A stretch of DNA of 61,618 nucleotides, filler included. It is 6 parts of 6 records of this genome, joined end to end, with 100 filler letters (N's around TTAATTAATTAA, not from the genome) between each part and the next. Parts side by side here need not be neighbours in the genome. Positions count along the whole stretch, not along the records: positions 12,541 to 32,577 come from SRR20825010_7029; 5 more parts are not named here. One strand, written 5' to 3'. The position numbers and the translations under genes are program-made. How positions within the stretch are numbered: the stretch's first letter is position 1; each line of letters opens with the position of its first letter. Of this stretch, positions 19,808-30,259 are shown piece by piece. The notes under the pieces were generated by a model. It did not search any database, was not told the DNA's origin, and saw nothing but the letters and a program-made list of their open reading frames with translations.

Positions 19808-21286
19808 GTGATCCCCTTGAATCGCAATGGAAAAACAACAGCAACACGACGCGTCGCGCTTGTTGCCCTGACAGGTCTGCTCGCGGCCTGCACGGTCGGT
19901 CCGGACTATTCGGTGCCCGCTCTGCCTGTTCCGGCGAGCTGGAGCGGAAAGGATAATGCTGCGGCGACGGCCGACGTAAAAGCCGCCAAAGCTCCCGCCC
20001 TGTCCCGCTGGTGGCTGGCGCTCGACGACGCGACGCTGAACCGGCTGATCGAGATGGCACGCGGGCAAAATCTTGACCTGGCGGCCGCGCAAGCAAAGAT
20101 CCGCGAGGCCCGGGCGACCTACCGGCAAGTCGGCGGCACATTGTCGCCGACGCTCGACGGCACCGGGGCGGCCAACCGCAACCGGAGCAACGGGTCGACC
20201 GGCACGAATTTCCAGGCCGGTTTCGATGCGAGCTGGGAGCTTGATCTGTTCGGCGGCAAGCAGCGCCGGGTCGAGGCGGCGGCCTACAGCCTCGACGCGG
20301 CGCAGGAAGATCTGCGCGACACCATGCTGACCCTGATCGGCGATATCGCGTCGAACTATGTTTCCGCCCGCGGCTTCCGGGCCCGGATCGCGCTCGCCCG
20401 GCGCACCGCCGGCTCCCTGCGCGAGACCGAGGAGCTGACCCGCACCATGTTCCAGGCCGGCTCGACCTCCGGCGCGGACATGGCCAACGCCGCCGGTCAG
20501 GCAAGCAGCACCGAAGCCAATATCCCGACGCTGGAGGTGTCCTACGCCCAGGCGGTCCACCGGTTGAGCGTGCTGACCGGCCAGCCCCCGGCGGCGCTGA
20601 CCGGCATGATCGAAAACGACGCGCCGATCCCGACACCCGTGAAACCGGTTCCGGCAGGCGTCCCTGCTGATATCCTGCTGACCCGGCCCGACGTGCGCTC
20701 GGCGGAACGCCAGCTTGCCCAATACACAGCCCTAATCGGCGAGGCCGAGGCGGCCCGCTATCCGAGCATCAGCCTGACCGGCAGCATCTCCACTTCCGGC
20801 TCCAACATCGGCGATCTGGCGAAAGGCTCTTCCATCGGCTGGCTCATCGGCCCGTCCGTCAGTGTGCCGATCTTCAATGGCGGGCAGCTCGCGGCGGCCG
20901 TCGACATTGCCGTCGCCCAGCGCGACCAGTTCGAAGCCGCTTTCCGCTCGGCGGTATTGACAGCGCTGGAGGATGTCGAGAATGCCACCGTCGCGCTGGC
21001 ACAGGAACGCATCCGCTACCGCTCCCTGACCGAGGCCGCGAATGCCTACCGGGACGCGACGCAATTGGCGCGGACACTCTACCAGGCCGGCTCAAGCAGC
21101 TTCCTCGACGTCCTCGATGCGGAACGCTCGCTCTATTCGGCGGAGGATTCCCTTCTTCAGAGCCAGGTGGCCATCGCCGCCGGCTACGTAACGCTCAACA
21201 AAGCGCTCGGCGGTGGCTGGGACGGTGTGGACGAGATCGCAAATCCCGCGACCACCCCCGCCTCGCTCACAGCACCCCGCGACTGA
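19808..21286 (+). CDS. Outer-membrane efflux lipoprotein (NodT/OprM family)
   Basis: Lipobox LAAC-TVGPDY; SWELDLFG, RPDVRSAE, KALGGGW. Confidence 0.95.
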   Translation: MIPLNRNGKTTATRRVALVALTGLLAACTVGPDYSVPALPVPASWSGKDNAAATADVKAAKAPALSRWWLALDDATLNRLIEMARGQNLDLAAAQAKIREARATYRQVGGTLSPTLDGTGAANRNRSNGSTGTNFQAGFDASWELDLFGGKQRRVEAAAYSLDAAQEDLRDTMLTLIGDIASNYVSARGFRARIALARRTAGSLRETEELTRTMFQAGSTSGADMANAAGQASSTEANIPTLEVSYAQAVHRLSVLTGQPPAALTGMIENDAPIPTPVKPVPAGVPADILLTRPDVRSAERQLAQYTALIGEAEAARYPSISLTGSISTSGSNIGDLAKGSSIGWLIGPSVSVPIFNGGQLAAAVDIAVAQRDQFEAAFRSAVLTALEDVENATVALAQERIRYRSLTEAANAYRDATQLARTLYQAGSSSFLDVLDAERSLYSAEDSLLQSQVAIAAGYVTLNKALGGGWDGVDEIANPATTPASLTAPRD

Positions 21287-21320
21287 TGCGCACCAGAGAT
21301 ATGCAGGTCACTAACCGATC

Positions 21321-22538
21321 ATGACACAGAAACCCTCCCGCAGGCGCGGACGCCTCCTCCTCGCCCTCATCGTGCTGATCCTGATTGCAGGCGGCGGTTA
21401 TTACGGCTGGACACGCCTCTCCCCGTCCAAGGAAGTCTCCTATGTGACGCGGCCGACGACGATCGGCAGCATCGAGGAGACCGTGCTCGCCAACGGCATC
21501 CTGAAGCCATCCACCCTGGTGGCGGTCGGTGCCCAGGCCTCCGGTCAGATCACGGCCCTGCATGTCGCCCTCGGCGATGAAGTCCGGGAGGGCGATCTGA
21601 TCGCGGAGATCGACTCCGTAACCCAGACGAACGCGCTCCGGACATCCGAGGCCGCGCTTGCCAATGTGAAGGCGCAACTGGCCGAGAAGCAGGCGACCCT
21701 GACCCGGAACAATCTGACCCTGAAGCGGCAAAAATCCATGGTGGCGCAGCGCGCCGTATCCCAGGCCGATTTCGAGACGGCGGAAGCGGACGTGCGCACC
21801 ACCGAGGCGCAGATCGAGGCACTCAGGGCCGAGATCGTGGAAGCCGAAGTCGCGGTCGAAACCGCCGACGCAAATCTCGGATACACCAAGATCATCGCAC
21901 CGACGGACGGCACCGTGCTGGCCGTGGTCAGCCAGGAAGGGCAGACCGTCAACGCCGCGCAGTCAACGCCGACCATCATCGTCCTTGGCCAGCTCGACAC
22001 CATGACGGTCCGGGCCGAAATCTCGGAAGCCGATGTCGTCCGGGTGGAGCCGGGACAGCCGGTCTATTTCACCATCCTCGGCGATCCGGAACGGCGCTAC
22101 GACGCGGTCCTGCAGGCCATAGAGCCGGCTCCTGAATCCATCACGTCGGACAGCGCCATCACCACCTCATCCAGCAGCACCTCTTCGACGACGAGTTCCT
22201 CGGCGATCTACTATATCGGCACCTTCGACATTCCGAACGGGGAGCGCCGGTTGCGCACCTACATGACGGCGGAAGTGCATATCGTGCTGAACCAGGCGCT
22301 GGATGTGCTGACCATTCCGTCGGCCGCACTCGGCCAGCGCACCCGGGACGGGGGATACAATGTCCGGGTGCTCGACGAAAAAGGCCAGATCGAGGACCGC
22401 CGGATTAAAACAGGCCTGAATGACAAGGTGACCGTTGAGGTGATCTCCGGCCTCGCCGAGGGGGAACGCGTGGTCGTCGGCCAATCCGGCGGCGGGGCAT
22501 CCGGCGAAAGCAGACGCGGCTTCCGGATGCGGTTCTAG
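21321..22538 (+). CDS. macA: MacA-type periplasmic adaptor
   Basis: VGAQASGQI, NLGYTKIIAP.DGTV, EGQTVNAAQSTP. Confidence 0.9.
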   Translation: MTQKPSRRRGRLLLALIVLILIAGGGYYGWTRLSPSKEVSYVTRPTTIGSIEETVLANGILKPSTLVAVGAQASGQITALHVALGDEVREGDLIAEIDSVTQTNALRTSEAALANVKAQLAEKQATLTRNNLTLKRQKSMVAQRAVSQADFETAEADVRTTEAQIEALRAEIVEAEVAVETADANLGYTKIIAPTDGTVLAVVSQEGQTVNAAQSTPTIIVLGQLDTMTVRAEISEADVVRVEPGQPVYFTILGDPERRYDAVLQAIEPAPESITSDSAITTSSSSTSSTTSSSAIYYIGTFDIPNGERRLRTYMTAEVHIVLNQALDVLTIPSAALGQRTRDGGYNVRVLDEKGQIEDRRIKTGLNDKVTVEVISGLAEGERVVVGQSGGGASGESRRGFRMRF

Positions 22539-22542
22539 AGAC

Positions 22543-24498
22543 ATGGCAGATCCCCTGATCCTGATCGAGAACCTGCGGCGCGCCTTTCCGTCCGGCGATG
22601 GCTATGTCGAGGCCCTGAAGGGCATCGACCTGACCATCAATTCCGGCGAGATGGTCGCGATTATCGGCGCATCCGGCTCCGGCAAGTCGACGCTGATGAA
22701 CATTCTCGGCTGCCTCGACAGGCCGACATCCGGCACCTACCGGGTCTCCGGCAAACCCACCGACGCGCTCGGCCCGGACGAGTTGGCGGCGCTCCGGCGC
22801 GAGCATTTCGGCTTCATCTTCCAGCGTTACAACCTGCTGGCTGAGCTGACGGCGGCGGGCAATGTCGAAATCCCGGCCATCTATGCCGGCCAGCGCAGTT
22901 CCGACCGGCTGGAGAAGGCGCACCAGCTGCTCGCCCGCCTCGGCATGGACGATCGCGCGGACCACCGGCCGGGTCAGCTTTCCGGCGGCCAGCAACAGCG
23001 GGTCTCGATCGCCCGCGCCCTGATGAACGATGCGGACGTAATCCTGGCGGACGAGCCGACCGGCGCACTGGACAAGAAAAGCAGCGAGGAAGTGCTGCGT
23101 ATCCTGCACGAGCTGCACGAGGACGGGCGCACAATCATCATCGTCACCCACGACCCGGACGTCGCCGCCCAGGCCGAGCGCATCATCGAGATCAGCGACG
23201 GCGAGATCATCTCGGACAGGCAGACCCGTCCGGCAAAACAGATCACACCTGCAGAACATGCTCCAAGCGGCCCGCCCGCATCCGCCTGGAAAGCAGCCAT
23301 GGACCGGTTCTCCGAAGCCTTCCAGATGGCGCTTCTCGCCATGCGGGCGCACAAGCTGCGGACCTCCCTGACCATGCTCGGCATCGTCATCGGCATCGCA
23401 TCGGTGGTCTGCGTGCTTGCCCTTGGCGAGGGATCGCAACAGCAGGTACTCGAAAACATCCGGCGGCTCGGCACGAATACGCTGGAGATCTTCCCCGGCA
23501 AGGATTTCGGGGACATGCGCTCCGGCCGGATCAAGACACTGGTAGTGAGCGACGCCGCCGAGCTGGAGAAGCAGTATTTTGCCGCGGCAGTCACGCCGAC
23601 AGTCTCCACCTCCGGCACCACGCGGTTCGGATCGGTCGAAGCCAATGCCCAGATCAGCGGCGTGGGCGAACAATATTTCGCGGCGAAGGCAACAGAGCTG
23701 GTCGAGGGCAGATTGCTGGACACGGACAGCATCCTCTTCCGTACCCAGGAAGCCGTGATCGACGAGAACACCCGGAACACGCTGTTTCCCAACGCCCCGG
23801 AGACAGCCATCGGCAGCGTCATTTTCGTCGATGCCGTGCCGTGCCGGGTGATCGGCATCGTCTCTTCCAGCCAGAGCAGCTTCGGCGGACGGCAGAACCT
23901 CTCCGTCTACCTGCCATACACCACCGTGCAGAGCCGTTTCCTCGGCAGCACGTCCCTGCGCAGCATCATCCTGCGCGTGGATGAGAGCACGGATATGAGC
24001 GTCGCCGAGCAGGCCGTCACGGACACGTTGACCCAGCGGCACGGTACGAAGGACTTCTTCATCGTCAACACGGACGAAATCCGCCAGAGCATCACCAGCA
24101 CCACGCAGACCATGGCCCTGCTGATCTCGGCCATTGCGCTGATTTCGCTCGCCGTCGGCGGCATCGGGGTGATGAACATCATGCTGGTCTCGGTTTCCGA
24201 GCGGATCACCGAGATTGGCGTTCGCATGGCGGTCGGTGCCCGCCAGGGGGATATCCTGCAGCAATTCCTGATCGAGGCCGTGCTGGTCTGCCTGATCAGC
24301 GGCGTGCTCGGCATTCTTGCCGCGCTCGGCTTCGGCGCCGCCTTCAGCATGCTCGGGTCGAGCTTCACGCTGGTCTATTCAAACACCGCCATCATCTCCG
24401 CGGTCATCTGCGCTACACTGATCGGGGTCGTCTTCGGTTATCTGCCCGCGCGCAATGCCTCCCGGCTCGATCCATCGGAGGTTCTGTCCGGCAGCTGA
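22543..24498 (+). CDS. macB: MacB-type ABC exporter (ATPase + permease)
   Basis: GASGSGKS, LSGGQQQRV, ADEPTG; GGIGVMNIMLVSV.ER..EIGVRMAVGA. Confidence 0.95.
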   Translation: MADPLILIENLRRAFPSGDGYVEALKGIDLTINSGEMVAIIGASGSGKSTLMNILGCLDRPTSGTYRVSGKPTDALGPDELAALRREHFGFIFQRYNLLAELTAAGNVEIPAIYAGQRSSDRLEKAHQLLARLGMDDRADHRPGQLSGGQQQRVSIARALMNDADVILADEPTGALDKKSSEEVLRILHELHEDGRTIIIVTHDPDVAAQAERIIEISDGEIISDRQTRPAKQITPAEHAPSGPPASAWKAAMDRFSEAFQMALLAMRAHKLRTSLTMLGIVIGIASVVCVLALGEGSQQQVLENIRRLGTNTLEIFPGKDFGDMRSGRIKTLVVSDAAELEKQYFAAAVTPTVSTSGTTRFGSVEANAQISGVGEQYFAAKATELVEGRLLDTDSILFRTQEAVIDENTRNTLFPNAPETAIGSVIFVDAVPCRVIGIVSSSQSSFGGRQNLSVYLPYTTVQSRFLGSTSLRSIILRVDESTDMSVAEQAVTDTLTQRHGTKDFFIVNTDEIRQSITSTTQTMALLISAIALISLAVGGIGVMNIMLVSVSERITEIGVRMAVGARQGDILQQFLIEAVLVCLISGVLGILAALGFGAAFSMLGSSFTLVYSNTAIISAVICATLIGVVFGYLPARNASRLDPSEVLSGS

Positions 24499-24676
24499 CA
24501 GGCCCCACCTCTTGACCCTTCAACCTGCAAATGCAATGAAAACCCTCAATGGGATATCCTGCCTGCAAACATATCTGAACGTGCGTTTCTTTACGGCTTT
24601 TTAACCAAAAGTTCCTCTCATCATGTAAAGTTCTCATGAAGAGGCGCATCATTGTCGCCTGTACGGTTTCCGAAGA

Positions 24677-27298
24677 ATGACGAAACCGTCACGCGGGAGC
24701 GAATGGATGACGAATAATACTCTTGTGAAGAAACACTCGGGAATCGCCACCGTCGTCATACTCGCGGCCGCCAGCATCGCAGCCTTGTTGTTTCTCGGCA
24801 TACAGGCCGCAAACCAGTTCAGCGCGACGGAAGAATCCTGGCATCGCTACAATGACCAGACACGGGATGTCTCCGGCAGCCTGAACGCTCTTCAGCGTCA
24901 TCTCGGCTATGGCGGATTCATTCACAACTTCAAGAACTTCATCCTGCGGCGTGAGCCGATTTATCTTGAGCATATTGAAAAGAGCGCGGCGGACGCCTTC
25001 GCCGAGATCGCCACACTGCAAGCCGTCCTCCCGTCAACCGAAGAGCAAAATCTCCTGCAGGCGGTCCGACTGACGATCAATGATTATCTGGCGAAAAAAG
25101 ACGAGGCGCTCAGCCAGCTCGACACACTGAGCGCCAGAGATCTGGATGCCCTGGTGCGCGTGGACGACAGCGCCGCGCTTGCTGCCCTGCAAAGACTCCA
25201 GAAACTCAACGAAGATCGCAGCTTTCAGCAGGAAATTGATGCCCAGGCGACTTTCGACAGTGCGATGAGCACCCTGAAACAGGGATCCTTCATCGTGATC
25301 TTCATTTTGGCCGGCGCCTCCGGGATCATCATCCTGCTGATCAGAGCGGCACGGATCAATGCACGTCTGAACGCATCCCTTGCCTATATCGAACAGCTGT
25401 ACAACGAATCTCCGAACGCACTGGTTAGCGTCGACAGCACCGGACGTATTTTCCAGATCAACCGGCAAACGGAACGACTGCTTGGCTATTCAACCAAAGA
25501 GCTGGCCGGGCGCAGCGTACAATCGTTGATCCCTGAGCAATTTCCCGAAGGTCGCCGCACCCTCGGAGAAAAGCTCACACTCGATGCGCAGGATGTTTCG
25601 CCCGAAGACAGCGGCATGCAACTGGTTGCCCGGCGCAATGATGGCCAGGAAATCCAGATTCACCTGCGGATACGGGTGGCCGCTGGCGCCAATGAGGCCT
25701 TTTTTCTGCTGGCCCTGATCGACATCACGGAAATCGCCAACCTTCACAAGGAACTGCATATCGCCCGCCAGAACGCGGAAGCCGCCAGTGAAGCCAAGTC
25801 ACGGTTTCTCACGTCCATGTCGCATGAAATCCGGACACCACTGAACGGTATCCTCGGCCTGCTGCAACTTATAGACAAGAATGACGTCACTGCGGAGATC
25901 GCCCAGAAATTGGCCATCGCCAAGGAATCCGGACTGTTTCTGCTGACCCTGATCAACCAGGTGCTGGATTTCGCCCGGATCGAAGCCGGGCAGATCACCC
26001 TCTCCAAGGAACGCTTCTCCCTGCCGGCCATGATGGACGCGATGGAGTCGATGTTTCGTATCCGGGCGGAAATGAAGGGGCTCAGCTTCCATAGCGACGT
26101 GATGGGCGAGAGCGAGACCTTTCTCTACGGGGATTTCGATCATATCCGGCAGATCCTGTTCAATCTGATCGGTAATGCGGTCAAGTTCACGGAAACCGGG
26201 GGGATCAGCCTGCTTGCCCGCTGCCAGATTCTCGAAGACAGAAAGACCTGCCGTATTTCATTCGAAGTGTCCGACACTGGTCCGGGGATTGCCGAAGAGG
26301 ATATCGACAGCATCTTCGAGGAATTCAAACAGACCGATGTCGGAATCCGCCACGGCGGCGGCACGGGGCTTGGCCTGAACATTTCCAAGCGGATTGCAGA
26401 TGTCATCGGGGCCGACTTCGGAGTCGAAAGCACAGTCGGCACGGGCACGACGTTCCTGCTGTCCGTTGATGCGGAAATCGCCGAAAACCAGCATGTTATC
26501 GACGAAGATGTTGAAATTTCAACCACCCCTCCCCTGCGAATCCTCGTCGCCGAAGACAATGACATCAATCAAATGATCACCCAGGCTATGCTGGAACGGG
26601 ACGGGCATACCGTCACGGTTGCACGCGACGGGGAAATCGCGCTGAATTTAGTCCGCAAGGATCCGGAAGCCTACGATCTTATCCTGATGGATGTGCAGAT
26701 GCCGAACATGGACGGCGTGCAAGCCACGGTCTCCATCCGGCAATTCGCCCGCGACACGGAGAAATTGCCCATCGTCGGACTGACCGCGAACGCCTTTCAG
26801 GATCAAAAGGACGAGTACATGAATGCCGGCATGCAGTATGTGCTGACAAAGCCGCTCGACATTACGGATCTCCGGTTCGCGCTCGGCAAATATGCGGCGA
26901 AACAAGCGCGCGAGCAGACTGAAGGATCGACAGGGCAAATTCAGACCGCCCGCTCACATCCCATCGAAGAATATTTCGACCAGGAATTCCTGAAAACACT
27001 CAAGCTCTCGATGCCGCCTGAAAGGCTTCAGGCCCACACCGACGATGCCAGAAAACGATCAAGGACCCTCATCACGTCCCTCAAGAATGCGGGGGACGAC
27101 ATCGAAAAAACCCACCAGATTGCTCATGAATTAACGGGCATGCTTGGGCATTTCGGTTTCAAGCTGGCCCGCACCGAAGCAGAAAACTTCAAGCAGGCGG
27201 TCAGCGCCGGTGCCATAAGACCCGAAAGGATCGGCACACTGGAGCACCTGCTGGAAACCAGCTGGCGTCTTCTGGAAGAAGAGATAAAAGAGCCTTAA
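24677..27298 (+). CDS. Hybrid sensor kinase (2 TM, PAS, HisKA, HATPase, REC, Hpt)
   Basis: MSHEIRTPLNG, NAVKFT, GGTGLGL, LMDVQMP, AHELTG; true start may be 24707. Confidence 0.93.
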   Translation: MTKPSRGSEWMTNNTLVKKHSGIATVVILAAASIAALLFLGIQAANQFSATEESWHRYNDQTRDVSGSLNALQRHLGYGGFIHNFKNFILRREPIYLEHIEKSAADAFAEIATLQAVLPSTEEQNLLQAVRLTINDYLAKKDEALSQLDTLSARDLDALVRVDDSAALAALQRLQKLNEDRSFQQEIDAQATFDSAMSTLKQGSFIVIFILAGASGIIILLIRAARINARLNASLAYIEQLYNESPNALVSVDSTGRIFQINRQTERLLGYSTKELAGRSVQSLIPEQFPEGRRTLGEKLTLDAQDVSPEDSGMQLVARRNDGQEIQIHLRIRVAAGANEAFFLLALIDITEIANLHKELHIARQNAEAASEAKSRFLTSMSHEIRTPLNGILGLLQLIDKNDVTAEIAQKLAIAKESGLFLLTLINQVLDFARIEAGQITLSKERFSLPAMMDAMESMFRIRAEMKGLSFHSDVMGESETFLYGDFDHIRQILFNLIGNAVKFTETGGISLLARCQILEDRKTCRISFEVSDTGPGIAEEDIDSIFEEFKQTDVGIRHGGGTGLGLNISKRIADVIGADFGVESTVGTGTTFLLSVDAEIAENQHVIDEDVEISTTPPLRILVAEDNDINQMITQAMLERDGHTVTVARDGEIALNLVRKDPEAYDLILMDVQMPNMDGVQATVSIRQFARDTEKLPIVGLTANAFQDQKDEYMNAGMQYVLTKPLDITDLRFALGKYAAKQAREQTEGSTGQIQTARSHPIEEYFDQEFLKTLKLSMPPERLQAHTDDARKRSRTLITSLKNAGDDIEKTHQIAHELTGMLGHFGFKLARTEAENFKQAVSAGAIRPERIGTLEHLLETSWRLLEEEIKEP

Positions 27299-27307
27299 AA
27301 GTCAGGC

Positions 27308-27688
27308 TCACGACTGCCGGACTGTTTCCATCGCTTCAAGCGCCGTGCGTATTTTTTCCAATGTTACCGGCTTGTCGAAAGCTTTCAGCGCTCCCAGCCC
27401 CTCCGCCATTGACGGAAAATCCATATCGAACCGCGCCTTTGCTTCGGTGAACACCACCGTCGGCAGGATAGCGTTATTCTTGACCATCCAGTTCAAGACC
27501 TCAAACCCGTCGCCTTCCGGCATCAGAATATCAAGAAAGATGCCTTTGAAGGATCGCGACTGAATCAATTTGATCGCCGCATGACCATTTTCCGCTTCCT
27601 CATAGCTTTGCCCGAGAGTTTCCAGGAACTCCCCGATCAATGCCCGCGTCGGCTGATTATCATCAACGACCAAAAAGAGGTCAGTCAT
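27308..27688 (-). CDS. Single-domain response regulator
   Basis: LVVDD, FLDILMP.GDG, DKPV; convergent with the kinase. Confidence 0.88.
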   Translation of the reverse strand: MTDLFLVVDDNQPTRALIGEFLETLGQSYEEAENGHAAIKLIQSRSFKGIFLDILMPEGDGFEVLNWMVKNNAILPTVVFTEAKARFDMDFPSMAEGLGALKAFDKPVTLEKIRTALEAMETVRQS

Positions 27689-27855
27689 CACGCACCTTTT
27701 AGAAAGTTCTATTTTTAAAATATCTTTATATTCAACATAGTACACTAAAATCATAGGCATGGGCGAGCCGTAAAAGCACCCCGCCAATGAAAAGCCGTCC
27801 TGTATCCCACACGAGAAAAAGCATCACGCGACGGACATCCGACGCTCTCGCCCCC

Positions 27856-27888
27856 AATAAAAAAACGCGCCGCTTCATCAGCGGCGCG
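27856..27888 (-). terminator. Rho-independent terminator
   Basis: CGCGCCGCT-N5-AGCGGCGCG hairpin followed on the minus strand by a T-run. Confidence 0.75.
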
Positions 27889-27932
27889 CCCTTCCCCACC
27901 GTGGCTATAAAGTCCCGGTATCAGGTATCTTC

Positions 27933-28355
27933 TTAGCTACCCTCGCCAAGATTATCCCAGCTCCGCTCCAGGGTACGCATGGCGGAATTGAAGCGTTTCT
28001 TGGCCTTGTCATAGCCCTCGGCCGAGGCATGCTCCACGCCCGACCAGGCAGTCTTCACATTCGCCCAGGCGATCTGCAGATTTTCGGCGGCGACGTCAGC
28101 AGTCTTATCCGCCACATCGCTTGCCTTATCGGCCTTGCGCTCGGTCCAGTCGGCAATTTGATGCCCCCATTTCTCGACGGTTTTCGCCATCTCGGCGCGC
28201 TGCGCGTCCAATTCGTCAAGGGTCATGGTCGGCTCGGATTGCGTGCTGGAACCCGACTGGCTGCCGGCTCCCGCCAGAGCCATCGGAGCGGCAAGCGCCA
28301 AGGCAGCACCAAGGCTCGTCGTGGTTAAGAACTTTCGGAAAGTCATGCGTTTCAT
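27933..28355 (-). CDS. Secreted coiled-coil hypothetical protein, EcfG-regulated
   Basis: GGAGG RBS; signal peptide (..APMALA); LEA-like A/D/K-rich helices. Confidence 0.75.
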   Translation of the reverse strand: MKRMTFRKFLTTTSLGAALALAAPMALAGAGSQSGSSTQSEPTMTLDELDAQRAEMAKTVEKWGHQIADWTERKADKASDVADKTADVAAENLQIAWANVKTAWSGVEHASAEGYDKAKKRFNSAMRTLERSWDNLGEGS

Positions 28356-28418
28356 AGTGTCCTCCATTTGGCCGGTCATCCGTCACACCCGGTAGCGGAT
28401 CGCCCCGTCTGAATGGAA

Positions 28419-28443
28419 AACGTCTTCTCCCCGAAATGGTTCC
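28419..28443 (-). promoter_or_regulatory. EcfG (ECF15) promoter
   Basis: Plus strand AACG-N16-GTTCC = GGAAC-N16-CGTT on minus. Confidence 0.8.
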
Positions 28444-28562
28444 CCGCATCTCTCTCCAGGTCCCTGGCCTCAAGTTCCCGACATCAAATCCCGGGCACCT
28501 CTCTTAAAGGCGCCCCAGCCCCAAGATGCGGAGCTCCTGAAACACGCCGGGAAGAAATGCAT

Positions 28563-28587
28563 GGAACGAATTCGGTCCCGCGCCGTT
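28563..28587 (+). promoter_or_regulatory. EcfG (ECF15) promoter
   Basis: GGAAC-gaattcggtcccgcgc-CGTT, N16. Confidence 0.8.
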
Positions 28588-28681
28588 CATCAATGGCACA
28601 TCGCAACAACGCCGATCCGAAACGGACACGGCATGCAGATGCCCTCACACGGCACCATTACCGACCGCAAAGGAGAATACG

Positions 28682-28876
28682 ATGTCTGACCTTAACCGCA
28701 AAACCACGGCTCGCACCGCCCGCCCGCGTATCGCCGCCCTGCTGGCTCTCGCCATGCTTGGCGCCACGGGTCTCGCCGCATGCGATTCAGAAGGACCGGC
28801 CGAACAACTGGGTGAGAACATCGATAATGCCGTCGAAGAAACCGGCGACAAAATCGAAGACGCAACAGACAAATAA
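28682..28876 (+). CDS. Small stress lipoprotein
   Basis: AGGAG RBS; lipobox LAAC; GPAEQLGENIDNAVEE amphipathic helix. Confidence 0.8.
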   Translation: MSDLNRKTTARTARPRIAALLALAMLGATGLAACDSEGPAEQLGENIDNAVEETGDKIEDATDK

Positions 28877-28895
28877 AATATCTTCAGAAAAAAAT

Positions 28896-28920
28896 GGAAC
28901 CATCCCCGGAGCGCCACGTT
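28896..28920 (+). promoter_or_regulatory. EcfG (ECF15) promoter
   Basis: GGAAC-catccccggagcgcca-CGTT, N16. Confidence 0.8.
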
Positions 28921-29031
28921 GTTAAGGCAAGACATCCGGGGGTGATCACTGAACTTCTGAGCACCGCCACCAAACAAAATGGTTTTCAAAAGCTCTTTTT
29001 ACTAAGAGCCGCCCAACGAACAGAGGACGTC

Positions 29032-29982
29032 ATGAAAAAATACCTGCTGAGCACTATCCCCGTCGCCTTTCTTGCTGTTGTTCCGGCCAAAGTCGACGCC
29101 GCGATTTTCTTCGACAATGTAGAGCAGATCCGGACCATGGCGCCGACCGGCACCGACTTCAATTCCGGCCTGGTGCGTGAGTACAAGCAGCTCACCATCT
29201 TCGAAGCCGACGAGATGTATGACTGGATCGACGCCGAGAACCACGCCACCAAGGGCGTCATGGCAGCCAACGGGCAGACCCCGATGCCGTCCGACCCGGC
29301 TGAATGGGCGATCGAGGATCCGGCCAAGCTGCAGGAACTGGAACTCGGCCGGTCCAGCATGATGGCCCTGTTCAACAAGGGCGCCCGTACTGCTGCACCG
29401 CTCGAAGCGGCGCATGCTCAGGCCAAGTATGATTGCTGGGTCGAGCAGCAGGAAGAAGGCCATCAGCCGATGCATATCGCTGCCTGCAAGGGCGAGTTCG
29501 AAAGCGCGCTGGCCGGTCTTCGCACCGCGATGGAGCCGAAAAAGGTTGAGGCCACGCCGAAGGAAACCGAGATGGACGTCGTGTCCGTCGTTGAGGAAGT
29601 TGCCCGGGAGACCGTTTACTTCCCCTTCGATCAGGCCGTCATCGAGCCGACCGAACAGGCCAAACTCGACAAGTTCGTCGCTGAAATGAAGAAGATTCAG
29701 CCGGTTGTGACGCTCTATATCGAAGGCCATGCGGATACGTCCGGTCCGGCCGACTACAACCTCGCGCTGTCTGCCAGCCGTGCGGACTCGGTTCGTACCG
29801 AACTGATGCGCCAGGGCATGACCATCGGCGACTATGAGCAGCTTCAGGTCGAGCCGGAAGGCGAACGTAACCCGGCCGTTGCTACCGGTGACGGTGTCCG
29901 CGAGCGTCTGAACCGCCGTGTGATCGTCGTGGCCCGTGGCCAGGTGACCAAATCCAAGAAGGTTTCCGTCACCACCCAGTAA
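29032..29982 (+). CDS. OmpA-family peptidoglycan-binding protein
   Basis: Signal peptide; helical N-domain with DCWVEQQEE..IAAC; OmpA_C motifs VYFPFD, GHADTSG..YN..LS..RA, NRRV. Confidence 0.9.
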   Translation: MKKYLLSTIPVAFLAVVPAKVDAAIFFDNVEQIRTMAPTGTDFNSGLVREYKQLTIFEADEMYDWIDAENHATKGVMAANGQTPMPSDPAEWAIEDPAKLQELELGRSSMMALFNKGARTAAPLEAAHAQAKYDCWVEQQEEGHQPMHIAACKGEFESALAGLRTAMEPKKVEATPKETEMDVVSVVEEVARETVYFPFDQAVIEPTEQAKLDKFVAEMKKIQPVVTLYIEGHADTSGPADYNLALSASRADSVRTELMRQGMTIGDYEQLQVEPEGERNPAVATGDGVRERLNRRVIVVARGQVTKSKKVSVTTQ

Positions 29983-30016
29983 AGCCTACGAAAAACAATA
30001 ATAGCCGACACACCTC

Positions 30017-30053
30017 ACCGCCTCCGGTCTCTCGACCGGGGGCGGTTTTCTTT
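30017..30053 (+). terminator. Rho-independent terminator
   Basis: ACCGCCTCCGGTC-TCTC-GACCGGGGGCGGT followed by TTTCTTT. Confidence 0.8.
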
Positions 30054-30259
30054 GTGCCCTGCTGGAGCCCGCGCCCGGATGTTTGTTCGGAGATCCGTCG
30101 GGATCGAGCGCCCCTTCATTCATCACTTCCCCCGCATCACCACCGGGCCTCACCACCCCGGTCAAACGCAACAAGCCGGCATCGCTGCCGGCTTGTATCG
30201 ATCAGGGAAAGGGGAGCATCCTCTTGCGATGCTCCCTCTGGTACTGAGGATGGGGTGTT

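Noticed and set aside
27308-27688. Receiver as the SdrG/MrrA-type stress regulator, and the hybrid kinase as the PhyR kinase
   Set aside because: No FATGY motif or EcfG promoter seen, and the kinase is a classical HisKA rather than HWE/HisKA_2.
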